A stretch of 64,000 nt of DNA, taken from assembly GCA_003212415.1 (NCBI GenBank), contig QCPT01000003.1:3085-67084 (forward strand), read 5' to 3'. Source of the DNA: Pelagibacteraceae bacterium AG-439-F23 (GTDB taxonomy: Bacteria > Pseudomonadota > Alphaproteobacteria > Pelagibacterales > Pelagibacteraceae). This document shows positions 22,550 to 33,985 of this stretch, piece by piece (position 1 is the stretch's first letter; each line of letters starts with the position of its first letter). The translations under genes were made by a program, and so were the position numbers. Below the pieces are notes generated by a model. The model did not search any database. It saw nothing but the letters and a program-made list of their open reading frames with translations, and was not told the DNA's origin.

Positions 22550-22582
22550 TGAGCATAATACATGCTCACGCCCAGATTGCAA
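22550..22582 (-). promoter_or_regulatory. Putative sigma70 promoter of leuA with overlapping palindrome
   Basis: Minus strand TTGCAA-N16-TATTAT; inverted repeat TGAGCAT-N5-ATGCTCA at 22550-22568 overlaps the -10. Confidence 0.45.
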
Positions 22583-22622
22583 AATAAATTGGGCTTTTTA
22601 ACCCAAAAATGTCTCTAAAGAT

Positions 22623-23657
<1,035 letters not shown>

Positions 23658-23662
23658 TTAGA

Positions 23663-24211
23663 TTATTTAAATACTTCTGCTCCTCTTGTCATAGCAACCG
23701 CTCCTGTTCTAGAAACGCTTACTAAACCAAATTTTTTTAAATTATTTGCCATATTGTCTATTTCTCTTCTAAGAGCTGTTATTTGGATCACTTTAGATTT
23801 ATTTGTTTTGTCCAGTATTACAGCATCATATTTTTTACAAGCTTTAAAAGCCTTTTCTAATTTATTATTATTGCCCACAATTTTAAATAAAGCCATTTCT
23901 TTAAATATAACTTTTTTATCTTCTCTTTTAAAATCAGCCACTTTATGTACGGGCACAAGTTTCTTTAATTGTAATTTTATTTGATCAATTACCTGAGGTG
24001 TTCCTGTTGTTACTATTGTTATTCTTGAGATATTTAATTTTTGATCAACTTCTGCAACTGCCAAGGATTCAATGTTGTATCCTCTTCCAGAAAAAAGCCC
24101 CACAACTCTAGCTAAAACTCCAGCTTCATTGTCCACCCAAACAACAATGATATGGGTATCTAATTTTTGTTTTTTGCTTGCAAAACTATATGCTGATTTT
24201 GAATTTGCCAT
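23663..24211 (-). CDS. ilvN: Acetolactate synthase small subunit
   Basis: ACT domain NEAGVLARVVGLFSGRGYNIESL; SRTGAVAMTRG. Confidence 0.94.
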   Translation of the reverse strand: MANSKSAYSFASKKQKLDTHIIVVWVDNEAGVLARVVGLFSGRGYNIESLAVAEVDQKLNISRITIVTTGTPQVIDQIKLQLKKLVPVHKVADFKREDKKVIFKEMALFKIVGNNNKLEKAFKACKKYDAVILDKTNKSKVIQITALRREIDNMANNLKKFGLVSVSRTGAVAMTRGAEVFK

Positions 24212-25977
24212 TAAACTAAGGTTCTTCCTTTACCGGTAATTTTCTTGTCTTTTTGATCTTTTGGACCTAACAACATCTGGTTATGTGGTTTCCCTGATGG
24301 AATCATTGGAAAACAATTCTCTTGCTTGTCTACTAGACAATCGAATATTACAGGCTGATCAGTATTTAACATTTCAATAATTTTATCATCTAGTTCTTCG
24401 GGAGTTTTTGCCCTTAGTCCAACACAACCATATGCTTCTGCTAATTTAACAAAATCTGGCAATGCAGCAGTATAACTTTCCGAATAATTTTTATCATGAA
24501 GTAGTTCTTGCCATTGTCTAACCATTCCCATGTATTCATTATTCAAAATAAAAATTTTAATAGGCAATCCATATTGAACGGCTGTTGACATTTCTTGCAT
24601 TGTCATTAGTACAGATGCTTCCCCCGCTATATCAATTACTAATTTATTTGGATGTGCAACTTGAACCCCAACTGCAGCAGGCAATCCATATCCCATTGTT
24701 CCCAATCCTCCAGATGTCATCCATCGATTTGGTTTGTTAAATTTATAATGTTGAGCTGCCCACATTTGATGTTGTCCTACTTCAGTTGTTATGTAAGTAT
24801 CTTTATCTTTGGTAAGCTCATATAATCTTTCAATAGCATACTGTGGTTTAATTGTTTCTTCGCTACCAATATAATCTAAAGATCTTTTTGATCTCCATTT
24901 TTGGATTTTTTCCCACCACTTAGAAGTTTTTTGTTTATTTGATTTAATAAAATTAGGTTTTTTCTTCTTTAAAGTTTTTATAATTGAAGCTACTACCATC
25001 TTAACATCTCCAACGATTGACAAGTCTACTTTTACATTTTTATTTATTGATGAAGGATCTATATCGACATGTACTTTTTTAGACTTTGGAGAAAATTCAT
25101 CAATTTTTCCTGTTATACGATCATCAAATCTTGCACCAATATTTATCATTAAATCACACTCGTACATTGCATTATTAGCTTCGTAAGTTCCATGCATACC
25201 TAACATACCTAAAAATTGACTATCATCCGCAGGATAAGAACCTAAGCCTTGTAAAGTAGAAGTAATTGGAAAGCCAGTTTCATGAACCAATTCTCTTAAT
25301 AGCTCACTGGCCTTTGGACCTGAATTTATTACTCCTCCTCCAGTATAAAAAATAGGTTTTGATGCTTTTCCAATTAAATTAATTAGTTCATCAATATCAT
25401 TTTGAGAAAAATGATTATGAGATTTTCCATTAGATTTATTTATTTTTTTATATTTTTTGTAACTAGTTTTTTGAAACTGAATATCTTTTGGAATATCAAC
25501 TAACACAGGTCCTGGTCTACCTGATGTTGCAACTTCAAAAGCTTTATGAATAGTTTTCGCTAAATCTTTAATATCTTTTATTAGCCAATTATGTTTTGTA
25601 CATGGACGAGTAATTCCTGTTGTATCGCATTCTTGAAATGCATCTGTTCCGATTAAATGAGTTGGTACTTGCCCTGAGATACAGACTAAAGGAACGGAAT
25701 CCATATATGCATCTGTTAATGCTGTGACTGCATTTGTTGCACCTGGTCCAGATGTTACTAAAACTACGCCAGGTTTACCTGTTGATCTAGCATATCCTTC
25801 TGCGGCATGACCTGCTCCTTGCTCGTGTCTAACTAAAATGTGTTTGATTGAATTAAAATTTTTTAGCTCATCATATATTGGAAGAACTGCTCCACCAGGA
25901 TAACCAAATACATGACTTACTCCTTGATCCTGAAGGCACCTAAATACAATTTCAGCTCCTGAATATAATTTTGACAT
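24211..25977 (-). CDS. ilvB: Acetolactate synthase large subunit (IlvB/IlvI)
   Basis: FGYPGGAVLP, RHEQGA, TSGPGATN, GMLGMHG, SGGLGTMG. Confidence 0.95.
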   Translation of the reverse strand: MSKLYSGAEIVFRCLQDQGVSHVFGYPGGAVLPIYDELKNFNSIKHILVRHEQGAGHAAEGYARSTGKPGVVLVTSGPGATNAVTALTDAYMDSVPLVCISGQVPTHLIGTDAFQECDTTGITRPCTKHNWLIKDIKDLAKTIHKAFEVATSGRPGPVLVDIPKDIQFQKTSYKKYKKINKSNGKSHNHFSQNDIDELINLIGKASKPIFYTGGGVINSGPKASELLRELVHETGFPITSTLQGLGSYPADDSQFLGMLGMHGTYEANNAMYECDLMINIGARFDDRITGKIDEFSPKSKKVHVDIDPSSINKNVKVDLSIVGDVKMVVASIIKTLKKKKPNFIKSNKQKTSKWWEKIQKWRSKRSLDYIGSEETIKPQYAIERLYELTKDKDTYITTEVGQHQMWAAQHYKFNKPNRWMTSGGLGTMGYGLPAAVGVQVAHPNKLVIDIAGEASVLMTMQEMSTAVQYGLPIKIFILNNEYMGMVRQWQELLHDKNYSESYTAALPDFVKLAEAYGCVGLRAKTPEELDDKIIEMLNTDQPVIFDCLVDKQENCFPMIPSGKPHNQMLLGPKDQKDKKITGKGRTLV

Positions 25978-25983
25978 TCAGCC

Positions 25984-26013
25984 AATCTAGCTGACGTTGT
26001 ACTCTCAGGTCAA
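25984..26013 (-). promoter_or_regulatory. Putative sigma70 promoter of ilvB, predicted leaderless
   Basis: Minus strand TTGACC-N18-TAGATT, 6 nt before the ATG; no SD. Confidence 0.5.
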
Positions 26014-26030
26014 GTTTTAGAGTGCCAAAA

Positions 26031-26939
26031 TTATATTTTTTTTAAAAATTTTTTTAGTTCTTTTGGATCAATTTTTTGCCAATTCATCATTTTGCCTCTT
26101 GCCCAAGTGCTTTGTCTTTTGGCGTATTGTCGTGTTTTTACTAAGATTTTTTCCTTAACATCGCTTAAATCAGATTTATTATTAAGAAAATCTTTGATTT
26201 CATTAATTCCAATCACTTTGTTTGAAGTCTTGTCTCTTGCTATCTTTAGTTTTAAAAATTTTTTAACTTCTTCAATAGCTCCTAGTTTGATCATATTATC
26301 CGTTCTCTTTGAGATTTTATCTAATAAATCTTTTCTTGGATAATCAATATAAATTTTAATAAAATCATCATCAACAAATTTTGATTTAGTGTTTTTAAAC
26401 CAATCAAGTAAAGATTTTTTAGTATAAGACTTAACTTCATAAGCTCTTATAGATCTTTGAACGTCTGTCGGCTTAATTTTTTCATTAATTAATGGATCTA
26501 ATATAATTAATTTTTTAAAAAATTTTTTTTGGCCCAATTTTTTTTGGATATTTCTTATTTTATTTCTATATTTAATTGGAACGTTTGGAATCTTAACCAA
26601 TCCTTCTGTTAAAGCTTTAAAATATAAACCCGTACCTCCAACAAGAATGGGTATTTTTTTTCTTTTTTTAATTGTATATATTTTTTCAGTTACAAGCTTT
26701 AACCATTTTCCTGTTGAAAAATTTTTTTTTACACTTTGAAAACCATAAAGATGATGTTTAATTTTTTGATATTCGTTTTTTACTGGTCTTGCTGTTAAAA
26801 TTTTTAATTCTTTATAAACTTGCATACTATCAGCATTAATAATTTCTCCTCTAATTTTTTTAGCAAGTTTGACGGCAAAATTTGATTTTCCTGATGCGGT
26901 AGGACCAGATATTAAAATTATTTTGGACTTAAGGTCCAT
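26031..26939 (-). CDS. miaA: tRNA dimethylallyltransferase
   Basis: GPTASGKS, NADSMQVY, VGGTGLY, TRQYAKRQ. Confidence 0.96.
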   Translation of the reverse strand: MDLKSKIILISGPTASGKSNFAVKLAKKIRGEIINADSMQVYKELKILTARPVKNEYQKIKHHLYGFQSVKKNFSTGKWLKLVTEKIYTIKKRKKIPILVGGTGLYFKALTEGLVKIPNVPIKYRNKIRNIQKKLGQKKFFKKLIILDPLINEKIKPTDVQRSIRAYEVKSYTKKSLLDWFKNTKSKFVDDDFIKIYIDYPRKDLLDKISKRTDNMIKLGAIEEVKKFLKLKIARDKTSNKVIGINEIKDFLNNKSDLSDVKEKILVKTRQYAKRQSTWARGKMMNWQKIDPKELKKFLKKI

Positions 26940-28345
26940 TAATTTAATTTAACACCAATATATCTTCTTTGATTCTGGTTATTATAAATTGCAATTAACA
27001 ATGTTTTTTCTGAACTTCTTAATGTCATTTTAACAATATTTTTAAGATCCCCGATTGTGTTTATTTTTTTCTTCTGAGCCTCTACGATAATGTTGTTTAC
27101 TTCTAAATAATTGAGAGGACTATCTTTATCAATTTCTGTAATTACAACTCCAGTAGTTCCTTTTGGCAGTTTTCTTTCTAGAACGTCCTTTTTATCTAGC
27201 AATCTAACGCTAACTTTTAATCCTTCTATTTTATTTGTTTTTGGTTTTTGTGTCACTTTTCCTTCTGATTTAAAGTCAGAAGATGTTTCTAATCTTCCAA
27301 GAATAATATCTTTCATTACTTCTCTTTGATTTCTCCAAATTTTTACTTTTACTTTTTTGCCAACATCTGTTGCTGCAACAATTTTAGGTAATTCACTCAT
27401 TTCATTTATGAGCTTTCCATCAAATTCTAAAATAATATCACCAGGTTTAATACCAGCAGCATCAGAAGGGCTGCCATCTGCTACACTTGCTACTAAAGCT
27501 CCTCTTGGTTTATCTAATTTCTCAACTTGAGCTATTTCACTAGTTACATATTGAATTCTAACACCTAGCCATCCTCTTTTAGTTTCGCCAAATTCTATTA
27601 ATTGACTAATAACTCTTTTTGCATTGTTTGATGGAATAGAAAAACCAATTCCAATTGATCCTGACGGACCTAATATTGCTGTGTTAATTCCAATAACATC
27701 TCCATCCATATTAAATAATGGTCCTCCAGAATTACCTACATTAATTGATGCATCTGTTTGAATAAAATCTTCATATCTTGATAAGCCAATACTTCTGTTC
27801 CTTGCTGAGATAATTCCTGAAGTAACTGTTCCTCCAAAACCAAATGGGTTTCCAATTGCTATAACCCAATCCCCAATTCTAGCTTTATCGGAGTCTCCAA
27901 ATTTTACTGGTACAAATTTTTCATCAGTCTCCATTTTAAGTACAGCTATATCCATTCCAGGATCTGCTCCTAAAACTTTTGCTTTATATTCTTTATCTCC
28001 ATTTACTCTGACAAGAATATCTTCTGCTCCTTGGATGACATGATTATTGGTAATAACAATACCTTTTTCATCAATAATAAATCCTGATCCTAGCGCACTT
28101 GATTTTCTCTTTTGAGGTGTTCCAAAATCTTTGAACATGTCTTCAAATGGAGATCCCGGAGGAAACTCAAAAGGGAAAGGGTTGGCTTGTGTTGTTACTG
28201 TGGTAGTTGTTGAAATATTAACTACAGATGGCATTACTCTTTCTGCTAAATCTGCAAACGATGAAGGTATATCTTTAGCATTACCTGTAAATGAAATGCT
28301 AAAAGTAACAAAAAAAAATAATATAAATTTAAAATACTTTTTCAT
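26939..28345 (-). CDS. degP: DegP/HtrA (Do family) serine protease (start probably 28345)
   Basis: GSGFII, TNNHV, QTDASINVGNSGGPL, two PDZ domains; ATG overlaps the upstream TGA. Confidence 0.92.
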   Translation of the reverse strand: MKKYFKFILFFFVTFSISFTGNAKDIPSSFADLAERVMPSVVNISTTTTVTTQANPFPFEFPPGSPFEDMFKDFGTPQKRKSSALGSGFIIDEKGIVITNNHVIQGAEDILVRVNGDKEYKAKVLGADPGMDIAVLKMETDEKFVPVKFGDSDKARIGDWVIAIGNPFGFGGTVTSGIISARNRSIGLSRYEDFIQTDASINVGNSGGPLFNMDGDVIGINTAILGPSGSIGIGFSIPSNNAKRVISQLIEFGETKRGWLGVRIQYVTSEIAQVEKLDKPRGALVASVADGSPSDAAGIKPGDIILEFDGKLINEMSELPKIVAATDVGKKVKVKIWRNQREVMKDIILGRLETSSDFKSEGKVTQKPKTNKIEGLKVSVRLLDKKDVLERKLPKGTTGVVITEIDKDSPLNYLEVNNIIVEAQKKKINTIGDLKNIVKMTLRSSEKTLLIAIYNNQNQRRYIGVKLN

Positions 28346-28527
28346 CCTTTTAAATACCAAATAATAATAAATCCTATTATTGCAAACACAAATCCACCTA
28401 TTCTTAACTGATTGTTGTTCACTTCATTTAGTTTTTGAAGCATACTTTTCATTTTTGATGGAAATAAGGCGTACAAAATACCTTCAATAAATAAGAAGAG
28501 ACCAAAGGCTATGATCAGTTCCTTCAT
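28342..28527 (-). CDS. DUF2065-family small membrane protein
   Basis: IEGILYALFP...LRIGG; usual position after hflC. Confidence 0.85.
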   Translation of the reverse strand: MKELIIAFGLFLFIEGILYALFPSKMKSMLQKLNEVNNNQLRIGGFVFAIIGFIIIWYLKG

Positions 28528-28534
28528 TATAAAA

Positions 28535-29404
28535 TTATTCTGTTTTAGGTTTTATATTTCCAAAAAATTTAAAAAATTCACTATCTGGAGAAAGTATTAA
28601 AGATGTTTCTCCACCAATTAGAGATTTTTCATAGGCTTGCATAGCTCTATAGAAGGCAAAAAATTCAGGATCTTGACCGAAGGCATCAGCAAATATTTTA
28701 TTTCTTTGACCATCACCTTCACCTTTCATAATTTCTGATTTTTTTTGAGCATCTGCTAGAATTACTGTTACTTCTTTGTCGGCAGTTGAAGTTATAGTTA
28801 CTGCCATTTCGGCTCCTTTTGCTCTAAATTCTTTTGCTTCTCTTTCTCTTTCAGTTTGCATTCTTCTAAAAATAGCATCACTGTTAGCTTGAGGAAGATC
28901 TGCTCTTTTAATTCTTACATCAACAATTTTTATTCCAAAATTTTCAGCTTCATTATTAACACCTTCTTGAATTAGTGCCATTTGTTTAGATCTATCTTCA
29001 GATAATAATGTTTGTAATTCTTGTTGACCTAAAACGTTTCTTATTCTTGAATTTATAATTGTTGCAAGTCTTGATCTTGCCACTCTTTCATTCCCTACTG
29101 AAATATAGAATTTTAATGGATCTATAATTTGAAATCTTGCAAATGCATCTACAATCAAACGCTTTTGATCAGATGCAATTACTTCTTCTGGTGGTGTATC
29201 TAAATTTAAAATTCTTTTATCTAAAAATACAACGTTTTGAATAAATGGAATTTTAAAATTTAAACCTGGTTTAGAAATAATTCTTTTTGGATCACCAAAT
29301 TGTAAAACAATCGCTTGATTAACCTCTTTTACAATAAATATTGAAAAGAAAAGCGTTGCAGCAATAACAATTATTAGCGGTAATAAAATTTTTCCAGCTT
29401 TCAT
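28535..29404 (-). CDS. hflC: FtsH modulator HflC
   Basis: SPFH domain, DVRIKRADLP, DPEFFAFYRAM. Confidence 0.95.
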   Translation of the reverse strand: MKAGKILLPLIIVIAATLFFSIFIVKEVNQAIVLQFGDPKRIISKPGLNFKIPFIQNVVFLDKRILNLDTPPEEVIASDQKRLIVDAFARFQIIDPLKFYISVGNERVARSRLATIINSRIRNVLGQQELQTLLSEDRSKQMALIQEGVNNEAENFGIKIVDVRIKRADLPQANSDAIFRRMQTEREREAKEFRAKGAEMAVTITSTADKEVTVILADAQKKSEIMKGEGDGQRNKIFADAFGQDPEFFAFYRAMQAYEKSLIGGETSLILSPDSEFFKFFGNIKPKTE

Positions 29405-30486
29405 TAATTTGTACCTGTCTTTAATTCTTGTAATGGTAGATACGGAACTACTCCAGATCCTGCATTTTTATCTATTATAATTTTATTTATATCGGCCAAT
29501 ACTTTTTCCATTGTCTCTAAAAACATTCTTTCTTGTGTTACTTGTTTTGCTTTTGCGTACTCGTTATAAATTGAAAGAAACCTGCTAGCTTCACCTTCTG
29601 CTTTTGCAACAACTTCTTTTTTATAAGCTTCTGCAGCTTGTAATATTTTTGCAGCTTCACCTCGCGCTCTTGGAATTACATCGTTAGCATATGCTTCTGC
29701 TTCATTTTTTGATCTTTCCATATCTGCTCTTGCAGCCTGAACATCTCTAAATGCATCTATAACTTGATCTGGTGGATCAGCTTTTTGCGTTTGTACCTGT
29801 GTAATTTGAATACCACTATTGTATTCATCTAAAATTTCTTGAATTATAATTTCTGTGTCTGTTTCAATTACAGATCTACCTTCTGTAAGTATAGGTTGTA
29901 TATTTGATCTTGCTATAACTTCTCTCATAGCAGTTTCAGCTGCAGCTTTTACTGTTCCTTGTGGATCTTGAATTTTAAATAAATATTTTCCTGCATCTTT
30001 TATTACCCAAAAAACTGAAAAGTCTATATTTACAATATTTTCATCACCAGTTAACATTAAGCTTTCTTCAGGGACATCTGCAACTCCTCCAGATGTAAAA
30101 CCACTATCTCTTTCTGATCTAAATCCAATATCTATTCTATTAACTTTTGTAACTTTTGGAGTTAATGCAGTTTCGATTGGAAAAGGAAAATGATAGTTAA
30201 GTCCTGGTTGAGTAGTATTTACAAATTTTCCAAACCTTAAAACAACTCCCTGTTCATCGGGTAGTACTCTATACAAACCACTTAAAGCCCAAAGAATTGA
30301 CAAAACAATTAAGCCAAACAATATTGGTTTTGAACCTCCTTTGCCGCCGCCAGTAAATTTATTTATTGTGTTTTGAATTTTTTTAACAATTTCATCGATA
30401 TCTGGTGGTGTAGGTCCTCTTCTAAATCCACCATTTCCTCCTCCTGGAGGGCTTCCCCATGGGCTTTGGTTTTTGAAATCGCTCAT
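29404..30486 (-). CDS. hflK: FtsH modulator HflK
   Basis: PWG..PPDIDE N-terminus, MLTGDENIV, EAEAYAN. Confidence 0.95.
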   Translation of the reverse strand: MSDFKNQSPWGSPPGGGNGGFRRGPTPPDIDEIVKKIQNTINKFTGGGKGGSKPILFGLIVLSILWALSGLYRVLPDEQGVVLRFGKFVNTTQPGLNYHFPFPIETALTPKVTKVNRIDIGFRSERDSGFTSGGVADVPEESLMLTGDENIVNIDFSVFWVIKDAGKYLFKIQDPQGTVKAAAETAMREVIARSNIQPILTEGRSVIETDTEIIIQEILDEYNSGIQITQVQTQKADPPDQVIDAFRDVQAARADMERSKNEAEAYANDVIPRARGEAAKILQAAEAYKKEVVAKAEGEASRFLSIYNEYAKAKQVTQERMFLETMEKVLADINKIIIDKNAGSGVVPYLPLQELKTGTN

Positions 30487-30538
30487 ACGACATTCTATAT
30501 AGTGTCTTTATGGCCAAAAACAAGATATTGATAAAGGT

Positions 30539-31342
30539 ATGAATGACACGTTGAAAGCAAAAACAGAACCAAAAAGCTTTAAAAAAAACCCTATTAAGGG
30601 AACAAAATTTACAATTGCTATTTCAAGCGCAAAAGGCGGGGTTGGTAAATCTACTTTTGCAACAAATTTGGCTTTAGCTTTAAAAAATATTGGATGCAAA
30701 GTTGGGTTACTTGATGCAGACATTTACGGTCCATCATTGCCAAAATTATTTTCGATAAATCAAAAGCCTGAAAGCAACGGTCAAACTCTAAAACCAATAA
30801 CCAAATACGATATCCAATGCATGTCGATTGGTTTTTTAACGGAAGAACAAACGCCAATGATATGGCGGGGACCTATGGTTACAAGTGCAATTAAAACTTT
30901 TACTCAAAAAGTTGAATGGAAAGATTTAGATTTTATTATAGTTGATATGCCTCCAGGAACAGGTGATACACAATTAACTTTTGCTCAAGAAATAAATATG
31001 GATGGTGTAATAATTATTTCAACTCCTCAGGAAATTGCGCTCCAAGATGTCAAACGTGGAATTAAAATGTTTGAAAAACTAAAAGTTAAAATTATTGGTT
31101 TAATTGATAACATGAGTCATTTTATTGGAGACGATGGAAAAAAGTATGCAATTTTTGGGGAAGGCGGTGTTAAAAAAACAGCAGAAGAATTTGAAAAAGA
31201 ATTTTTAGGGGAAATTCCAATTAACCCAGAAGTAGGGAAACAAGGTGATCTTGGAGCTCCAATTGTAGAAAACAATCCTGAGCATGAAATTTCAAAAATT
31301 TATTTAAAGCTTGCTGAAAAAATTAAATCAACTTATCTTTAA
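30539..31342 (+). CDS. mrp: Mrp/ApbC Fe-S cluster carrier ATPase
   Basis: [29 protein letters not shown]. Confidence 0.93.
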   Translation: MNDTLKAKTEPKSFKKNPIKGTKFTIAISSAKGGVGKSTFATNLALALKNIGCKVGLLDADIYGPSLPKLFSINQKPESNGQTLKPITKYDIQCMSIGFLTEEQTPMIWRGPMVTSAIKTFTQKVEWKDLDFIIVDMPPGTGDTQLTFAQEINMDGVIIISTPQEIALQDVKRGIKMFEKLKVKIIGLIDNMSHFIGDDGKKYAIFGEGGVKKTAEEFEKEFLGEIPINPEVGKQGDLGAPIVENNPEHEISKIYLKLAEKIKSTYL

Positions 31343-32270
31343 GATTAAAAGCTTCCATTAATTCATTCCATTCTCTTTTTGAAAGACCTGAATCTTCCAT
31401 TGATACATTTTCACCTTTAATAAGTTTTTGAATAACGGCTTTTCCTTTCGCTGAAACTTCTGTACCTCCTACTCTATAATCCATAAATGCTTCATAAGTT
31501 ATTGGTACCCATTTTTTAACAGTATCTAGCATTACATCTGCATAAGCTCTAATTTCATATTGAGCATGACTATCTGCTCGAAGTCTTAAAAAATTCATTA
31601 AATTTAATAAATCAGTTTTCCAATACCATTGAGTATATGTGTTTAAAGTTAAATTCATTCTTGCAAGTTCTCTAGCTAGTCCAATTCCATCTTCATTGAT
31701 TACAGAGCCATCATATCTTTCATTCAACATTGTTTCGTAATTATTGTAGGTTTGTTCGGCATCTCCTTTGAGAAGTTCTAAAACTTTTTTTGCCGGTTCT
31801 CCTTCAAGAACATCTCCTCTTCCCTGTCTGTTGCTTTGTGATTGAGTGGCTAAGTTCTCTGGAGCTGGTAAATAAAACTCTTTATCAAGAATAGAATATC
31901 TTGCAGAGTATTCGTTTACATTTGCTGTTCTATGTCTAATCCATTGTCTAGCAATAAATATAGGAAGTTTAACATGATATTTTATTTCGCACATTTCAAA
32001 AGGTGTGCTGTGCCAATGTCTCATTAAATATTTTATTAAACCTGAATCAGTTGAAACTTTTTTAGTACCTTTTCCATATGAAACTCTTGCAGCTTGAACA
32101 ATTGAAGTGTCATCTCCCATGTAATCAACTACTCTCACAAAACCATGATCTAAAATAGGAATTGCATCATAAAGTATTTTTTCCAATTCAGGAGCAGTCA
32201 CTCTTTTTGTCTTATTTTCCTGGTTTTGTTGATCTTTGATTTCTTGAGCTTGTTCCTTAGTTAATTTCAT
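31323..32270 (-). CDS. thyX: FAD-dependent thymidylate synthase
   Basis: Signature [27 protein letters not shown]. Confidence 0.96.
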   Translation of the reverse strand: MKLTKEQAQEIKDQQNQENKTKRVTAPELEKILYDAIPILDHGFVRVVDYMGDDTSIVQAARVSYGKGTKKVSTDSGLIKYLMRHWHSTPFEMCEIKYHVKLPIFIARQWIRHRTANVNEYSARYSILDKEFYLPAPENLATQSQSNRQGRGDVLEGEPAKKVLELLKGDAEQTYNNYETMLNERYDGSVINEDGIGLARELARMNLTLNTYTQWYWKTDLLNLMNFLRLRADSHAQYEIRAYADVMLDTVKKWVPITYEAFMDYRVGGTEVSAKGKAVIQKLIKGENVSMEDSGLSKREWNELMEAFNLKDKLI

Positions 32271-32319
32271 GAATAATTTATTGAATCTCTTTAATTTGGT
32301 TTTATATTAATAATGTTGG

Positions 32320-32573
32320 TTTTCCAACTATGACGATAAACGAATTTCGTAATAACCATTACGGACGTGGGGGCAGTACCCACCACCTCCACCATTTTCA
32401 ACTTATGGGGGTGAATTAGGATCGACGGATGTCTAAAAGTTATTCTTTCGTTCGGTATTGTTCCGCCGTGATGGGCAAATTTATAAATGCTAACGAAAGT
32501 TATGCACTTGCAGCTTAATTAATTTATTAATTAAGTTACGGGGTTTGGGGCACCTGGCAACAGAACGCCCCTT
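32320..32573 (+). ncRNA. ssrA: Circularly permuted two-piece tmRNA (outer ends approximate)
   Basis: Acceptor piece ends ...GTGGGGGCAGTACCCACCACCTCCACCA (32394); 12-nt spacer; coding piece starts GGGGGTGAATTAGGATCGAC (32407); tag ANESYALAA* at 32489-32518, then hairpin CTTAATTAA-TTTA-TTAATTAAG. Confidence 0.95.
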
Positions 32574-32615
32574 TCCAAAGGTTTCCATTGTCCCCAGTCA
32601 TTTTCCAAAAAGAAT

Positions 32616-32649
32616 TTACATTGAAGTTTACATTGAAGTTACAATGAAG
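32616..32649 (+). repeat. Three direct repeats TTACA(T/A)TGAAG (left end, arm-type-like sites)
   Basis: Copies at 32616-32626, 32628-32638 and 32639-32649. Confidence 0.85.
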
Positions 32650-32731
32650 TCAGAAAACAATTTTTGACCGTTATACGCGCATTTGCAAGTGTTACATATA
32701 TATTAAATAATATAAACTTGTTTTATTAATC

Positions 32732-33985
32732 ATGATTCTTAAACAACAAAGTTTATTTGAGGAAAAAAGTTATTTTGGAATAAGTGCAACACATACTGGT
32801 GGAAAAGGTGAAGTTTTTCATGACTGGTATCCATATCTAGAGGGTTTTTCATCATCTTTTGTAAGTTCAGTTTTTGATAAATATTTATCAAATGGAAAAA
32901 AAATATTAGATCCATTTTCAGGTATTGGCACAACACCAGTTTATTTAACTATAAAAGGAGTTAAATCATACTATTGTGAAATTAATCCTATACTACAACA
33001 CTTGGTATCAACAAAATCAAATATTTTAAAACTAGATCGCATATCAAAAAAAAAGATAATTCAAAAAATTAATTTAATTCAGAGCAACTTAAATCAGATT
33101 AATTCAGAGCAAAAAAATTTTCAATTAGATCAAAGTTACAAACATTTATTTAATAAAAGTATTTTTTTTGAACAATCTAATTATTTAAGAATCTTAAAAA
33201 TAAAATCGTTTTCAAATACAATTAAAAATGAATTAGTTAAATCTCTTTTTGATGTTGCAACATATTCTTGTTTATTAAAGGCATCTTTATTGAAAAGAGC
33301 AGGTGATGTAAGATTTAAAACTAAAAAAGATTTAGAGAAAGAAAAAATACCAAATATTATTAATTTAATATCTAATAAATTAGATCTAATTAAGACAGAT
33401 TTAGAGAAAACAAATAAACCAAAAGTTACTCCAAAACTGATATGTAAAAATTCTAAAGACTTAATCAATATAAAAAGTCATAAATTAGATGGTGTTATTA
33501 CAAGTCCCCCATACTTGAATGGAACAAATTATTTTAGGAATACAAAACTAGAATTATGGTACATGCAAAAAATTAATAAAGAGGTTTCTCTAAGAGATTT
33601 TAGAAATGAAACAATTACGGCAGGAATAAATGATGTATCTGCAAATATAAAAAAAGAAATAATTAATGAAGTTAAATCTCTTTACGAAAAATTAAAAAAA
33701 AATTCTTATGATAAAAGAATTCCAAAAATGGTTTCAGACTATTTTTATGACATGAAAATAGTTTTAAAAGGATTAAAGAAACAAATTAAAAACAATGGTA
33801 TAATTTGTATTGATATAGGAGATAGTATTTATAACAAAATTCATGTTCAAACTGATGAAGTATTGATTAAAATATGTTCTAATTTAAATCTTAAATTAAT
33901 TGATAATATTATCTTAAGAGACAGACTTTCTCATTCAAAGGTTAAATTAACTCAAAGATTATTGGTATTCAAAAAAAATGGATAA
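32732..33985 (+). CDS. Amino-DNA methyltransferase 1 (EarI/SapI-type)
   Basis: HDWYPYLEGFS, motif I ILDPFSGIGTT preceding motif IV ITSPPY. Confidence 0.9.
   Translation: MILKQQSLFEEKSYFGISATHTGGKGEVFHDWYPYLEGFSSSFVSSVFDKYLSNGKKILDPFSGIGTTPVYLTIKGVKSYYCEINPILQHLVSTKSNILKLDRISKKKIIQKINLIQSNLNQINSEQKNFQLDQSYKHLFNKSIFFEQSNYLRILKIKSFSNTIKNELVKSLFDVATYSCLLKASLLKRAGDVRFKTKKDLEKEKIPNIINLISNKLDLIKTDLEKTNKPKVTPKLICKNSKDLINIKSHKLDGVITSPPYLNGTNYFRNTKLELWYMQKINKEVSLRDFRNETITAGINDVSANIKKEIINEVKSLYEKLKKNSYDKRIPKMVSDYFYDMKIVLKGLKKQIKNNGIICIDIGDSIYNKIHVQTDEVLIKICSNLNLKLIDNIILRDRLSHSKVKLTQRLLVFKKNG

Noticed and set aside
30510-30542. 10-codon [13 protein letters not shown] overlapping the mrp start as a leader peptide
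   Set aside because: Too short to distinguish from chance and has no regulatory codon bias.
32616-32660. Tandem 11-12 bp repeats as a mini-CRISPR or iteron array
   Set aside because: No spacers, repeats too short, no cas or rep gene; their mirrored position at both island ends fits arm-type sites better.
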